A stretch of 64,000 nt of DNA, taken from Rickettsiales bacterium. GTDB lineage: Bacteria; Pseudomonadota; Alphaproteobacteria; Rickettsiales; JABSSG01. Location of the stretch: the NCBI GenBank assembly GCA_047404135.1, contig JBDOIT010000006.1, positions 10,953-74,952 of the forward strand. The letters are read 5' to 3'. Position numbers and translations under genes: made by a program. Below the pieces are notes generated by a model. The model was given only the letters and a program-made list of their open reading frames with translations. It was not told the origin of the DNA and searched no databases. This document shows, piece by piece, positions 49,197 through 58,482 of this stretch (position 1 is the stretch's first letter; each line of letters opens with the position of its first letter).

Positions 49197-52100
49197 CTAC
49201 TTTATTATAATTTCGCTCTGCTTAATAGCTACCACAAGCTTTGCTGAGTCTATTTCCTCTATAGATTTAATGTTATCTATAAAATTTGTAAATACCATTA
49301 CCTCCTTAGCATTCTTGTTAATCCACTTAATTACCTTATCTTTTACACTTCCACCATTACACTTAACCACTTTGGTAGTTAATTGTCTTTGCTGACTGTA
49401 TATATCTTCCTTCAAAGATTTCACCAACATTCTATCCCAATATCCATTTTGAGATAATTGCTCAACTTTCAAATGAAGCCAGTTGTAATGCAACTTCTCG
49501 CCAAGATCAAAATAAACTTTCCCTACATCAGAAACACTTGCTGAGGCTTTGTTAGATACCTCAACAATGTCCATTGCAGAGTATAAAGACTTCAAGCTTG
49601 CAACGCGTGAGGCTAGAGCCTTACTCACATCAAGACGCTCAAAATAACTAAGCTTCCTGTGGTAATCTTCTTTTGTAGTAGCATGAAGTAAATGCTCTAT
49701 TTTTTTTGCAACTTCAGAAACCCCCTTCTGGAATTCGCCCACAAGTTTCTTTATATCTAATGGTTGGGCCTTATGCTTCAAGAACCAAAATATTGCCTTT
49801 TGTAAAAAGGTTCTAACTTCATAGAAAAGTTCTATTTTCACAGAGTTACCAGATACATCGCTAATACCTTGCCATATCTTTGAAAAGCCAAAAATTTCCC
49901 ATACAACACTGTAAGCTCTAGCTATATCGCAACCATTCAAACCAGTATAATCTTGAGCACTATGGAAGAAATATGGACCAGTATGGTCTACAATATCATT
50001 TGCAATTAATGTTGCCATTATCTCTCTGCGAAGCTGATGGGTTAAGATGTATTCCTTGAACTCATCTCTCATATTTGACGGAAAATAATCTATGAGATAT
50101 CTCTCATAATACTCATCTTCTGGTATCTGAGAGTCTATTAAACTCTGGTATACAGATCTCTTGCTATACGCAATAAGAACAGATAATTCAGGACCTGTAA
50201 ACCCTAACTTCTCTTGAGATCTACGGGTAAGCTCCGATTTACTTGGCAGGAACTCCAATGATGGGCTTAAATCGACTCTCTCTTTAAGAATCTTTATAAG
50301 CTTTACGTAGAATTCAAAATGAGTAACGCTGGTACTTTTTGATATAGAAAGATTCTGGTTCTGCGCTTTGTCGGATGATATCACAAGACACGCAACCTCA
50401 TCTTGCATTCTTCTTAGCATTGCATCCCTATCTTTCCTGGATATTTTTTTATCTTTTAATGCCCCAGCAAGAGCGATTTTTATATTCACCTCATGGTCAG
50501 AGCAATTAACTCCAGCAGAATTATCAATGAAATCAGCATTTATCATCCCACCATTAAATGCATATTCAACTCTGCCTAATTGCGTAAAACCTAAGTTACC
50601 TCCTTCACCAACTAATCTACATTTAAGATCTCCGCCATTTACCCTAACATTATCATTACTCTTATTGCCTATATTCTCATTAGCTTCGGATTGAGACTTA
50701 ACATATGTACCTATTCCGCCATTCCACAATAAATCAACTTTTGCTGTTAAAATATGTCTTATTAATGAATCTGGATCTAAAGAATCCCGCTTTATTCCTA
50801 ATAAATTCTGTGCTTCTTTGGAGATCTTTATACTTTTGCTATCTCTAGTATAGACTGCACCACCCTTAGAAAGAACTTCTGCACTATAATCAGACCATTG
50901 AGACCCTGGCTTCTCAAATAATCTTCTTCTTTCTTTATAGCTGCTTTTTGCAGATGGACTTGGGTCTAAGAAAATATGCATATGGTTGAATGCTGCCACA
51001 AGTTTGATGTTTTCTGAAAGCAACATCCCGTTTCCGAAAACATCACCTGACATATCTCCTATACCCACAGACGTAAACTCATCCTTCTGGGGGTTGATAC
51101 CAAGCTTTCCAAGATGCTCTGTTACAGATACCCAAGCACCTCTAGCCGTAATCCCCATTTTCTTGTGATCGTACCCGTTTGCACCACCAGAAGCAAAGGC
51201 ATCACCCATCCAAAAATTATATTCCCTTGCAACATCATTCGCTGTATCAGAAAAAGTTGCAGTCCCCTTATCAGCTGCTACTACCAGATATGGATCATCC
51301 TCATCTTTACAAATAACTCCCTGAGGTTTGACTGTTTTACCCGACACAAGATTATCTGTTATATCCAATAGCCCCCTTAAAAAGGTTTTATAACATCTAA
51401 TACCAGCAGAGATAATCTCTTTTCTATCTTTAAACTTCTCTGAATCTTTTACCAGAAACCCACCTTTTGCACCTTCTGGAACAATAATAGAATTTTTTGT
51501 GACCTGTGCCTTCATTAACCCCAGTACTTCTGTTCTATAATCTTCCACACGATCAGACCACCTCAAACCACCTCTAGAAATTTTACCACCTCGTAAGTGG
51601 ACCCCCTCCATCTTCACCGAGTATACAAAAATCTCTGTATGAGGTTTTGGCAAGGGAAGATCATAGATATTTTTAGAGTCAAATTTAAACGAAACATAGT
51701 CTTTGGATTCTCCAGAAGATGAATTCTGAAAGAAATTTGTTCGTAAAGTATTATTGATAAGCTCAAGCATCTTAGCTAAAACATGATCTTCAGAGCTATC
51801 CATCACTCTCATCATGCTATTTTTTATCTTCTTCTCTATAGCGCCTGCAGAGTCTGCATCATGAGTACTAGGACAGAGTCTTGCGTAGAATAATTTCACT
51901 AATAATTCTGTAATAGCAGGATTTTTTACAAGAGTATTTCTGATGAATGCCTGGCTATAAATAAACTTGATTTGGAGCATATATCTACAATATGCGTCTA
52001 TAAGGAATAGCTCCCTCCAAGTCAACCCTGCTCTTAAAGCTAGTTGGTTCAACAAATCATCTATTATCTTCTTCTTGAAAACCGCCTCTATTACACTCTC

Positions 52101-53930
52101 AATATTAGACTTAACATTTTCAGAAGAATATTTAGATTCAACCCATAATGAAAAATCCTGTATTACCACAGGATCTAAATATGCCCCTGAATTAACATCA
52201 AATACATTTTCTTCTAAGGTACAAAAACCTAGATTCTGTATAATAGGCATTACTTTATGTAGCCCAACTTTATCTCCTACATTATAAGTTTTAAGATTAA
52301 ATGATTGAGATTTTCCAGGGTGACAACGCAAGTTAAATAAAGCATTGCCACTTGAACCAAGATTATTTATATGCTCTATATCCTCAACAGCCTCTTGAGC
52401 TGTGAATTTCAATTGGTAATTAGTTGGAAATGCTTTTTTATAATCATTGAACAACTGGCTGGTCATCCCTATGCCAAACCTTTTCTCAATAAAGACATCA
52501 AGCTTCTCATCCCATCTCTTGGTAACTTCATCAAGCTTCTGCTCTATCTTATGGATATCTGCACTAAGCTTCCTGTTATCAGAAACCTTCATAGAGATAT
52601 GTATATACGCAAGACCCATTATTGAGAATCTCAAAGAGCTACGTATAAATCTGCCTTTAATATTACTACTAATTACTGACTGCACCTTTTCTGTAATATC
52701 CGATGTTACACGGGATTTCGGGAAAAATATCAGAAGATTCATAAAAACCTTACATCTATTTTCACGTGCAAAGAAAAGAACCCTAGGGTTATTCAACGAT
52801 GACAAAATCATCATTGCCATCAAAAACAGTTCATCCTCAGAAAGCTGAAAAAGCTCGTCCCTAGGTAAAGTTTCTATTATGCTAAATAGCTCTTTCTGAT
52901 TAAAGCCCTTGTTATTGAAACCCGCTTTCTTCACAACAGCTTCAACGCGAGACCTCAGTATAGGAATTTGAATTGCACTCTGATATTCAAGCCTGGTACT
53001 AAACAAACCTATAAACACCCTAGCTTTTTTAGGCTTATTACCCTCTCTGTGAACAACACATATATAGTCAAGATTTGACCTTCTATGCACTAAAGAAATT
53101 TCACGAATTTTTCCTATAACAACAGAACTATGGTTAGCTATAAAATTATGTGAATCAAAAATATCCTTAACTAAAGAAGCTTGAAAATTTTCAGACTCTA
53201 TTTTTAATACACCTAGAGTCTCACCCCTTACAGCCTCAACCTTCTTTTGGTCTTCCTTGAAAGAATATTCTCTGTACCCAGTAAAAGTAAAATTTTCATC
53301 TCGAACCCATTTGAAAAAATCTTTATTTTCATTATTTAGATCCGAATCAGCAAACCAGTCATTAGCCTCACTTAACTTCTTAAGCATATCCTGCCAATCG
53401 ACACATGACGCCCTTACTAAAGACAGGATGTTTTCGATACTAGAAATAAATTTCTCCAAATACCCATCCTCTTTAAGTATGGATACCCTGACATATATAG
53501 CAGATTCGTTAGGGGTGTTATTTTCTTGAAATTTACGTATATCTTCTAGCTTTCCATCCTTATCACGATCCGAGGAAAACAAAGAATTTATTATATGCTT
53601 CGTTTTGTATTTTTGTTTATCTAAGAAGGCAGTAATTGAATCTACAAGGAATGGAATGTCATCATTGATGATAACTACGGTCACTTCTTCACCATCTGGC
53701 ATAGGTTTTTCACCTAAAATCCTTACGAGGCTTTTCCCACCCTTCCTGTTTACAAAATTCTCATAAACAGAAGTAGCTATATTTGTAAATTCTTCAATAC
53801 CGTAGCATTTTTTATCATCAATCGGTATATATGCGTAAAAAGAATCAATAAATTTCTTGAATAGATCATCATTCTTATGTCTTTTAGCGCTGGATAAGAT
53901 TTGTCGTTTTATATTACTATTTTCGAACAT
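49197..53930 (-). CDS. gdhB: Large NAD-specific glutamate dehydrogenase (about 180 kDa Bac_GDH class)
   Basis: 1,577 aa. Catalytic-core signature HLRGGKISRGGLRWSDRVEDYRTEVLGLMKAQVTKN, plus GGNLGFTQ and DFIDNSAGV. Confidence 0.9.
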   Translation of the reverse strand: MFENSNIKRQILSSAKRHKNDDLFKKFIDSFYAYIPIDDKKCYGIEEFTNIATSVYENFVNRKGGKSLVRILGEKPMPDGEEVTVVIINDDIPFLVDSITAFLDKQKYKTKHIINSLFSSDRDKDGKLEDIRKFQENNTPNESAIYVRVSILKEDGYLEKFISSIENILSLVRASCVDWQDMLKKLSEANDWFADSDLNNENKDFFKWVRDENFTFTGYREYSFKEDQKKVEAVRGETLGVLKIESENFQASLVKDIFDSHNFIANHSSVVIGKIREISLVHRRSNLDYICVVHREGNKPKKARVFIGLFSTRLEYQSAIQIPILRSRVEAVVKKAGFNNKGFNQKELFSIIETLPRDELFQLSEDELFLMAMMILSSLNNPRVLFFARENRCKVFMNLLIFFPKSRVTSDITEKVQSVISSNIKGRFIRSSLRFSIMGLAYIHISMKVSDNRKLSADIHKIEQKLDEVTKRWDEKLDVFIEKRFGIGMTSQLFNDYKKAFPTNYQLKFTAQEAVEDIEHINNLGSSGNALFNLRCHPGKSQSFNLKTYNVGDKVGLHKVMPIIQNLGFCTLEENVFDVNSGAYLDPVVIQDFSLWVESKYSSENVKSNIESVIEAVFKKKIIDDLLNQLALRAGLTWRELFLIDAYCRYMLQIKFIYSQAFIRNTLVKNPAITELLVKLFYARLCPSTHDADSAGAIEKKIKNSMMRVMDSSEDHVLAKMLELINNTLRTNFFQNSSSGESKDYVSFKFDSKNIYDLPLPKPHTEIFVYSVKMEGVHLRGGKISRGGLRWSDRVEDYRTEVLGLMKAQVTKNSIIVPEGAKGGFLVKDSEKFKDRKEIISAGIRCYKTFLRGLLDITDNLVSGKTVKPQGVICKDEDDPYLVVAADKGTATFSDTANDVAREYNFWMGDAFASGGANGYDHKKMGITARGAWVSVTEHLGKLGINPQKDEFTSVGIGDMSGDVFGNGMLLSENIKLVAAFNHMHIFLDPSPSAKSSYKERRRLFEKPGSQWSDYSAEVLSKGGAVYTRDSKSIKISKEAQNLLGIKRDSLDPDSLIRHILTAKVDLLWNGGIGTYVKSQSEANENIGNKSNDNVRVNGGDLKCRLVGEGGNLGFTQLGRVEYAFNGGMINADFIDNSAGVNCSDHEVNIKIALAGALKDKKISRKDRDAMLRRMQDEVACLVISSDKAQNQNLSISKSTSVTHFEFYVKLIKILKERVDLSPSLEFLPSKSELTRRSQEKLGFTGPELSVLIAYSKRSVYQSLIDSQIPEDEYYERYLIDYFPSNMRDEFKEYILTHQLRREIMATLIANDIVDHTGPYFFHSAQDYTGLNGCDIARAYSVVWEIFGFSKIWQGISDVSGNSVKIELFYEVRTFLQKAIFWFLKHKAQPLDIKKLVGEFQKGVSEVAKKIEHLLHATTKEDYHRKLSYFERLDVSKALASRVASLKSLYSAMDIVEVSNKASASVSDVGKVYFDLGEKLHYNWLHLKVEQLSQNGYWDRMLVKSLKEDIYSQQRQLTTKVVKCNGGSVKDKVIKWINKNAKEVMVFTNFIDNIKSIEEIDSAKLVVAIKQSEIIIK

Positions 53931-54038
53931 TTGTGTTACAGTAGATGGCTTTCTAAGCTTTTTAAAATTACGTTACGCCTCACACAACAATATTCTATGA
54001 ATGTTTAAGACAGTTAAATAATACATCATATCCATACT

Positions 54039-55391
54039 ATGTTCAATAACGCGCAAAAAAATCTTAAAAATACAATATATTCCCCAGCATCTCCTATACA
54101 AAAATCTGGTATCATTGTCATAAGAATTTCAGGACCCGATGCAAAAAAAGTGTTTCTTAGCCTGGGCTGCTCCTCTCCAGAGCCACGAGAGGCAACACTA
54201 CAATCCATATACCATCCAAACACAAAAGAACTTATCGATAAATGCATCTCTATATACTACAAAGCACCCAGAAGTTTTACAGGCGAAGATGTTTTGGAAC
54301 TACACATACATGGAGGTAAAGCAGTATTAGATTTAACAATGGATGCATTATCAAAAATACCAAATCTAAGAATTGCAGACCCAGGGGAATTCTCGATGAG
54401 AGCATTTCTAAATAATAAAATGGACCTCACTGAAGTTGAGGGACTGCAAGAACTCATAGACTCAGATACAAAAGCACAGCATAAACAAGCTCTGAAAAAA
54501 CTATCCGGAGAGCTAAGCTTTACCTATGAAAATTGGAGAAAATCTTTATTGAATATCCTTACGAGAGTTGAAGCTTCGATTGATTTTCCAGAGGAAGAAA
54601 TTCCAGCGGATGTATTAAGGAACACTGACCTCAAAATAAAAGAAGTTATAGATGGAATAAGTCTATATTTAGAAAATTCAAAAAAAGGAGAAAAATTATC
54701 TGAGGGATTATATATAGCAATTCTTGGGCCAACCAATGCTGGAAAATCATCCCTGATAAATAAGATTTCTAAGAAGGACCTAGCAATTGTTTCAAGCATC
54801 GAAGGCACAACAAGAGATATAATAGAAATAGATTTAGATATCGCAGGATATCCGGTTACCATTGCAGACACTGCAGGTCTTAGAGAAAGTGAGAACGAAA
54901 TAGAAAACGAAGGAATCAGACGATCTATCGAAAAAGCAAAAACAGCAGATCTAAAAATTATAATGCTAGATGGTAGCAAAGATTTTGCACAAGAAGAATC
55001 TGTAAAACTCGCTGGTGAAAACGACCTAATAGTAGTAAATAAAAAGGATCTTATTACTTCAGAACTGCCCATTAAACTAGAAAACAAGAAGATCTTATAC
55101 ATCTCAATAAAAGAGAGTGAAGGAATAGAGCTACTTATGTCTCAGGTTATAAATTTCACACAGGGTTTTTTTGTAAATACCGACAATACACCTATAATAA
55201 CAAAACAAAGACATAGAGAAAACCTTTCCAAAGCTCTGGAATGCCTTCAAAACACAGATCTGAGTGCCGATATAGTGCTAGCAGCTGAAGAGCTACGATC
55301 TGCTGCTAACTACTTAGCTAGCATCACAGGAAGAATTGATGTAGAATCTTTATTAGGAGAAATTTTTTCAAGCTTTTGTATTGGTAAATGA
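54039..55391 (+). CDS. mnmE: tRNA modification GTPase MnmE (TrmE)
   Basis: G1 GPTNAGKSSL, G3 DTAGLRE, NKKD, C-terminal FCIGK. Confidence 0.93.
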   Translation: MFNNAQKNLKNTIYSPASPIQKSGIIVIRISGPDAKKVFLSLGCSSPEPREATLQSIYHPNTKELIDKCISIYYKAPRSFTGEDVLELHIHGGKAVLDLTMDALSKIPNLRIADPGEFSMRAFLNNKMDLTEVEGLQELIDSDTKAQHKQALKKLSGELSFTYENWRKSLLNILTRVEASIDFPEEEIPADVLRNTDLKIKEVIDGISLYLENSKKGEKLSEGLYIAILGPTNAGKSSLINKISKKDLAIVSSIEGTTRDIIEIDLDIAGYPVTIADTAGLRESENEIENEGIRRSIEKAKTADLKIIMLDGSKDFAQEESVKLAGENDLIVVNKKDLITSELPIKLENKKILYISIKESEGIELLMSQVINFTQGFFVNTDNTPIITKQRHRENLSKALECLQNTDLSADIVLAAEELRSAANYLASITGRIDVESLLGEIFSSFCIGK

Positions 55392-56314
55392 TAACTTTCG
55401 AATCTGACAGTTCCTTTAGAGAAATTTACAAGCGATGGTGTGGGTGGATGCGAGACGAAAAACGCTATTCAAATCATACCACTATTTCTTACACAAAAGA
55501 TCTAGGGATGTTCTTTTCATTCCTCAATAAACATTTCAACGATACTCTTGGGGCTAAAGACTTAGAAAAGGTTACCTTACAAGATATCAGAGCATGGCTT
55601 GCTACTCTAAAAAATAATGAATATAAAATATCGTCTTACGCTAGATATTTAGCTGCAGTCCGGAATTTTTTTGGGTATTTGAAGAAATATGAAAATATAG
55701 ATAATTCAAGTTCATTAAATCTCAAAATAAAGCGTAGGAATCAATCTATTCCAAAAGATCTCTCTGAGGTTAATACACATTTAGTCCAAGAAGAATCCTT
55801 CAGTGTATCAAAAGATCTATGGACGCAGCTTCGTGATTTTGCTCTAATCACTTTAATGTACGGGTGTGGGCTTCGCATCTCTGAGGCTTTATCAATCACA
55901 AAAAGTGACCTAAAAGGAGACTACTTAAATGTTGTAGGTAAAGGCAATAAAACACGATCCATACCTATGTTAGACTCTGTAAAAGAACCAATCACTAAAT
56001 ATCTAGAACACTGCCCCTTTATGATTGCCCAAACATCACAAATATTTTTAGGCACAAGAGGAAAACCCTTAAATGTAAGCGTCTTTCAGAATCAGATAAG
56101 AAAAATACGAGCAAATCTAGGTTTGCCGCCATCGGTAACGCCGCACGCATTCAGGCATAGCTTTGCAACGCATTTGCTTTCCAATGGCGCTGACTTAAGG
56201 TCCATACAAGAGTTATTAGGTCATAAAAATTTATCAACCACACAAATATACACATCTGTTGACAACAAGAAGATTCTAGATGCATACAATAAAAGTCACC
56301 CAAGAAACTCATGA
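55388..56314 (+). CDS. xerC: Tyrosine recombinase, XerC-like (XerC/XerD family)
   Basis: N-terminal SAM-like core-binding domain. Catalytic region GLRISEAL...HAFRHSFATHLLSNGADLRSIQELLGHKNLSTTQIYT. Confidence 0.82.
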   Translation: MITFESDSSFREIYKRWCGWMRDEKRYSNHTTISYTKDLGMFFSFLNKHFNDTLGAKDLEKVTLQDIRAWLATLKNNEYKISSYARYLAAVRNFFGYLKKYENIDNSSSLNLKIKRRNQSIPKDLSEVNTHLVQEESFSVSKDLWTQLRDFALITLMYGCGLRISEALSITKSDLKGDYLNVVGKGNKTRSIPMLDSVKEPITKYLEHCPFMIAQTSQIFLGTRGKPLNVSVFQNQIRKIRANLGLPPSVTPHAFRHSFATHLLSNGADLRSIQELLGHKNLSTTQIYTSVDNKKILDAYNKSHPRNS

Positions 56315-57090
56315 TGCAATTTCCTTCTATAGACCCAATATTACTGCAAATTGGACCACTTCAAATAAGATGGTACTCACTTGCATATATAGCAGGGATT
56401 GCACTAGGTGTTTTTTACATAAAATTCTTATCCAAAAAATCCAAAATAAACCTCGGTAAAGACTTCATAGACGACTTCATATTATATTCCGTAATAGGCA
56501 TAATAATAGGCGGGAGACTGGGCTATGTATTGCTATATGGACTCAATAAATATATCCATAACCCCCTCTCAATATTCAAGACCTGGGAAGGAGGAATGTC
56601 ATTTCACGGAGGTTTGATTGGCTTTATAATTTCTATGATATTATTAGGAAAATCTAAAAAAATTAGCCATTGGAAAATACTCGATCTCTCCGCATGCGCA
56701 GCCCCTATAGGGATATTCTTTGGCAGAATAGCAAACTTCATAAATGGAGAATTATTTGGTAGAGTCAGTGATATAGACTGGGGAATGATATTTCCTTACG
56801 GAGGAACACTGCCGCGCCACCCAAGTCAAATATACGAAGCTCTTACAGAGGGACTCTTGTTGTTCATAATAATGAATATATTGTTCTTCAAATTTCATAT
56901 ATTCAAAATAGAAAAAAGATTATCTGCAATATTCGCAATCCTATATTCATTCTTTAGAATAATAGTTGAATTTTTCAGAGAACCAGATGCAAGTATAGGA
57001 TATATATTTAGATATCTAACTATGGGACAATTAGTCTCTTTTGCAATAATGATTGTTGGAATATCAATGCTAAAAATTACAAAGCCTTAA
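56311..57090 (+). CDS. lgt: Prolipoprotein diacylglyceryl transferase
   Basis: IRWYSLAYIAG, GGRLGYVL, GGMSFHGG, GRIANFINGELFGR. Confidence 0.92.
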   Translation: MMQFPSIDPILLQIGPLQIRWYSLAYIAGIALGVFYIKFLSKKSKINLGKDFIDDFILYSVIGIIIGGRLGYVLLYGLNKYIHNPLSIFKTWEGGMSFHGGLIGFIISMILLGKSKKISHWKILDLSACAAPIGIFFGRIANFINGELFGRVSDIDWGMIFPYGGTLPRHPSQIYEALTEGLLLFIIMNILFFKFHIFKIEKRLSAIFAILYSFFRIIVEFFREPDASIGYIFRYLTMGQLVSFAIMIVGISMLKITKP

Positions 57091-57710
57091 AGATCCTTCC
57101 AGTCTTTTTTTATCTCCCCAAAAGAAACCTCTCCTTCTCTAACAACCTTCAACTCGCCCTCTTCACCGAAAGAAAAGATCGTAGAAGATATACCAGAGCT
57201 TTTCTCTCCATCCATAACTAAATCTATTTCAGGCAACAAGTCCTTGTCTATCTCTCTAGCGCTTCCTGCGGCTTTTTTCCCAGATTTATTCACGCTAGTT
57301 GCTATTACTGCAAAGTCACATAGGTTTAAAATTTCTAATGCTACAGAATGGTTTGGAATACGAAACCCCGTTCTACCTCCCTTCACAGCATAATCAGACA
57401 CATTAAACCCTTCTTTAATCGGCAGAATATAGGTCACCGCACCAGGAGAGAATTTGGATATTAGATTCCTAGCCTTTTGTTCGATTTCTGCGTATTCATC
57501 AACGAATTCAACATTAGGCGCAAGAACTGCAAACACCTTACCTTCTGCTCTTCCTTTAATTTTATGTATTTTTTCTACCGCACTATGGTCATCCGCTCTG
57601 CAAGCTAGCGCGTATACCGTCTCTGTAGGAAACACAACAATACCTCCGCGCCCAAGAACATCGACGATTCTCTTCAGATTTTTTTGAGAATAAGAAACAA
57701 TGTGAGACAT
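57087..57710 (-). CDS. tsaC: L-threonylcarbamoyladenylate synthase (YrdC/Sua5 family)
   Basis: YrdC-domain motif VVFPTETVYALAC. 207 aa. Abuts the atpC stop. Confidence 0.85.
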   Translation of the reverse strand: MSHIVSYSQKNLKRIVDVLGRGGIVVFPTETVYALACRADDHSAVEKIHKIKGRAEGKVFAVLAPNVEFVDEYAEIEQKARNLISKFSPGAVTYILPIKEGFNVSDYAVKGGRTGFRIPNHSVALEILNLCDFAVIATSVNKSGKKAAGSAREIDKDLLPEIDLVMDGEKSSGISSTIFSFGEEGELKVVREGEVSFGEIKKDWKDL

Positions 57711-58118
57711 CTATCGTTTATGCTGAGATACGTCAATAATAGTTTGCGCAAGCTTTGCTTTCGAAGCTATGGAAGATAAGATTTTTTTATCCCCTGATGA
57801 CATAGCCTGATTCTCCAATTCCGATAAATCCTTTTGTGACTGAGATACATCCAGAGCTTTTACTGAACTAACCTTATCTACAAGGATAAATAATGCGTTA
57901 TTATGAACCTTTCCAAACCCACCAAATGCAAATAATTCTTCGGTCACTCTGCCGCCTGAATAAACTTTTATCAAACCAGGAGCTATTTTAAAAATCATAG
58001 ATATATGGTCCGGCAAAATACCCATCTTACCGTCTTCACCAGATAGCACAACCATACTAGATTCCCCCTCAAATGAAGGCCCCGCAGGTGTAAGAATTTT
58101 TACAGATATATGACTCAT
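57711..58118 (-). CDS. atpC: F1 ATP synthase epsilon subunit
   Basis: 135 aa. N-terminal beta-sandwich pattern (VKILTPAGPSFEGESSMVVLSGEDGKMGILPDHISMI...GGFGKV) plus a C-terminal helical hairpin. Confidence 0.88.
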   Translation of the reverse strand: MSHISVKILTPAGPSFEGESSMVVLSGEDGKMGILPDHISMIFKIAPGLIKVYSGGRVTEELFAFGGFGKVHNNALFILVDKVSSVKALDVSQSQKDLSELENQAMSSGDKKILSSIASKAKLAQTIIDVSQHKR

Positions 58119-58432
58119 CTTTTGCCAACTTTGTGTTATAGCACATACGGCAATTATATAGCCTTATAATGTTATTACAAGAGCACAAACACTACACACT
58201 TGAATCAATCAGTAAAAGCAAAGGATTTTAGATAAAACTCGGGACATGATAATAGATTTCTCACATGGGGATGGAGACATCAATGAATCTGATGTAAATG
58301 GTTCACAAACAGAAGAACTATAACCCCCTACAAGGATTTTCTGCTCATCTGTTTCAATATAGATCCTCAATAATAAATTATTATTTTACAATGCCAAAAA
58401 AACACCTACATTACAAAAGTCTTAATTTTAAG

Positions 58433-58461
58433 TAGACAATTGAAGGGAACTCAGTTAATAT
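58433..58461 (+). promoter_or_regulatory. Candidate sigma70-type promoter for the repeat-containing orphan
   Basis: TAGACA (58433-58438), 17-nt spacer, TAATAT (58456-58461). A GAGG Shine-Dalgarno at 58485-58488 lies 6 nt before the ATG at 58495. Confidence 0.35.
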
Positions 58462-58482
58462 TAGTGAATATATTAGGGCAAA

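Noticed and set aside
55388-56314. Tyrosine recombinase as a prophage or island integrase
   Set aside because: It is XerC/XerD-like in length and catalytic motifs. It is ATGA-coupled between housekeeping mnmE and lgt, and there are no adjacent phage or mobile genes, tRNA target or att repeats.
58137-58144. 8-bp direct repeat TTATAGCA (also at 59898-59905), considered as a target-site duplication of the atpD/atpC insert
   Set aside because: A single 8-mer match between two AT-rich flanks of about 100 nt each has an appreciable chance probability. No terminal inverted repeats or transposase are present. It is kept only as a note, not as evidence.
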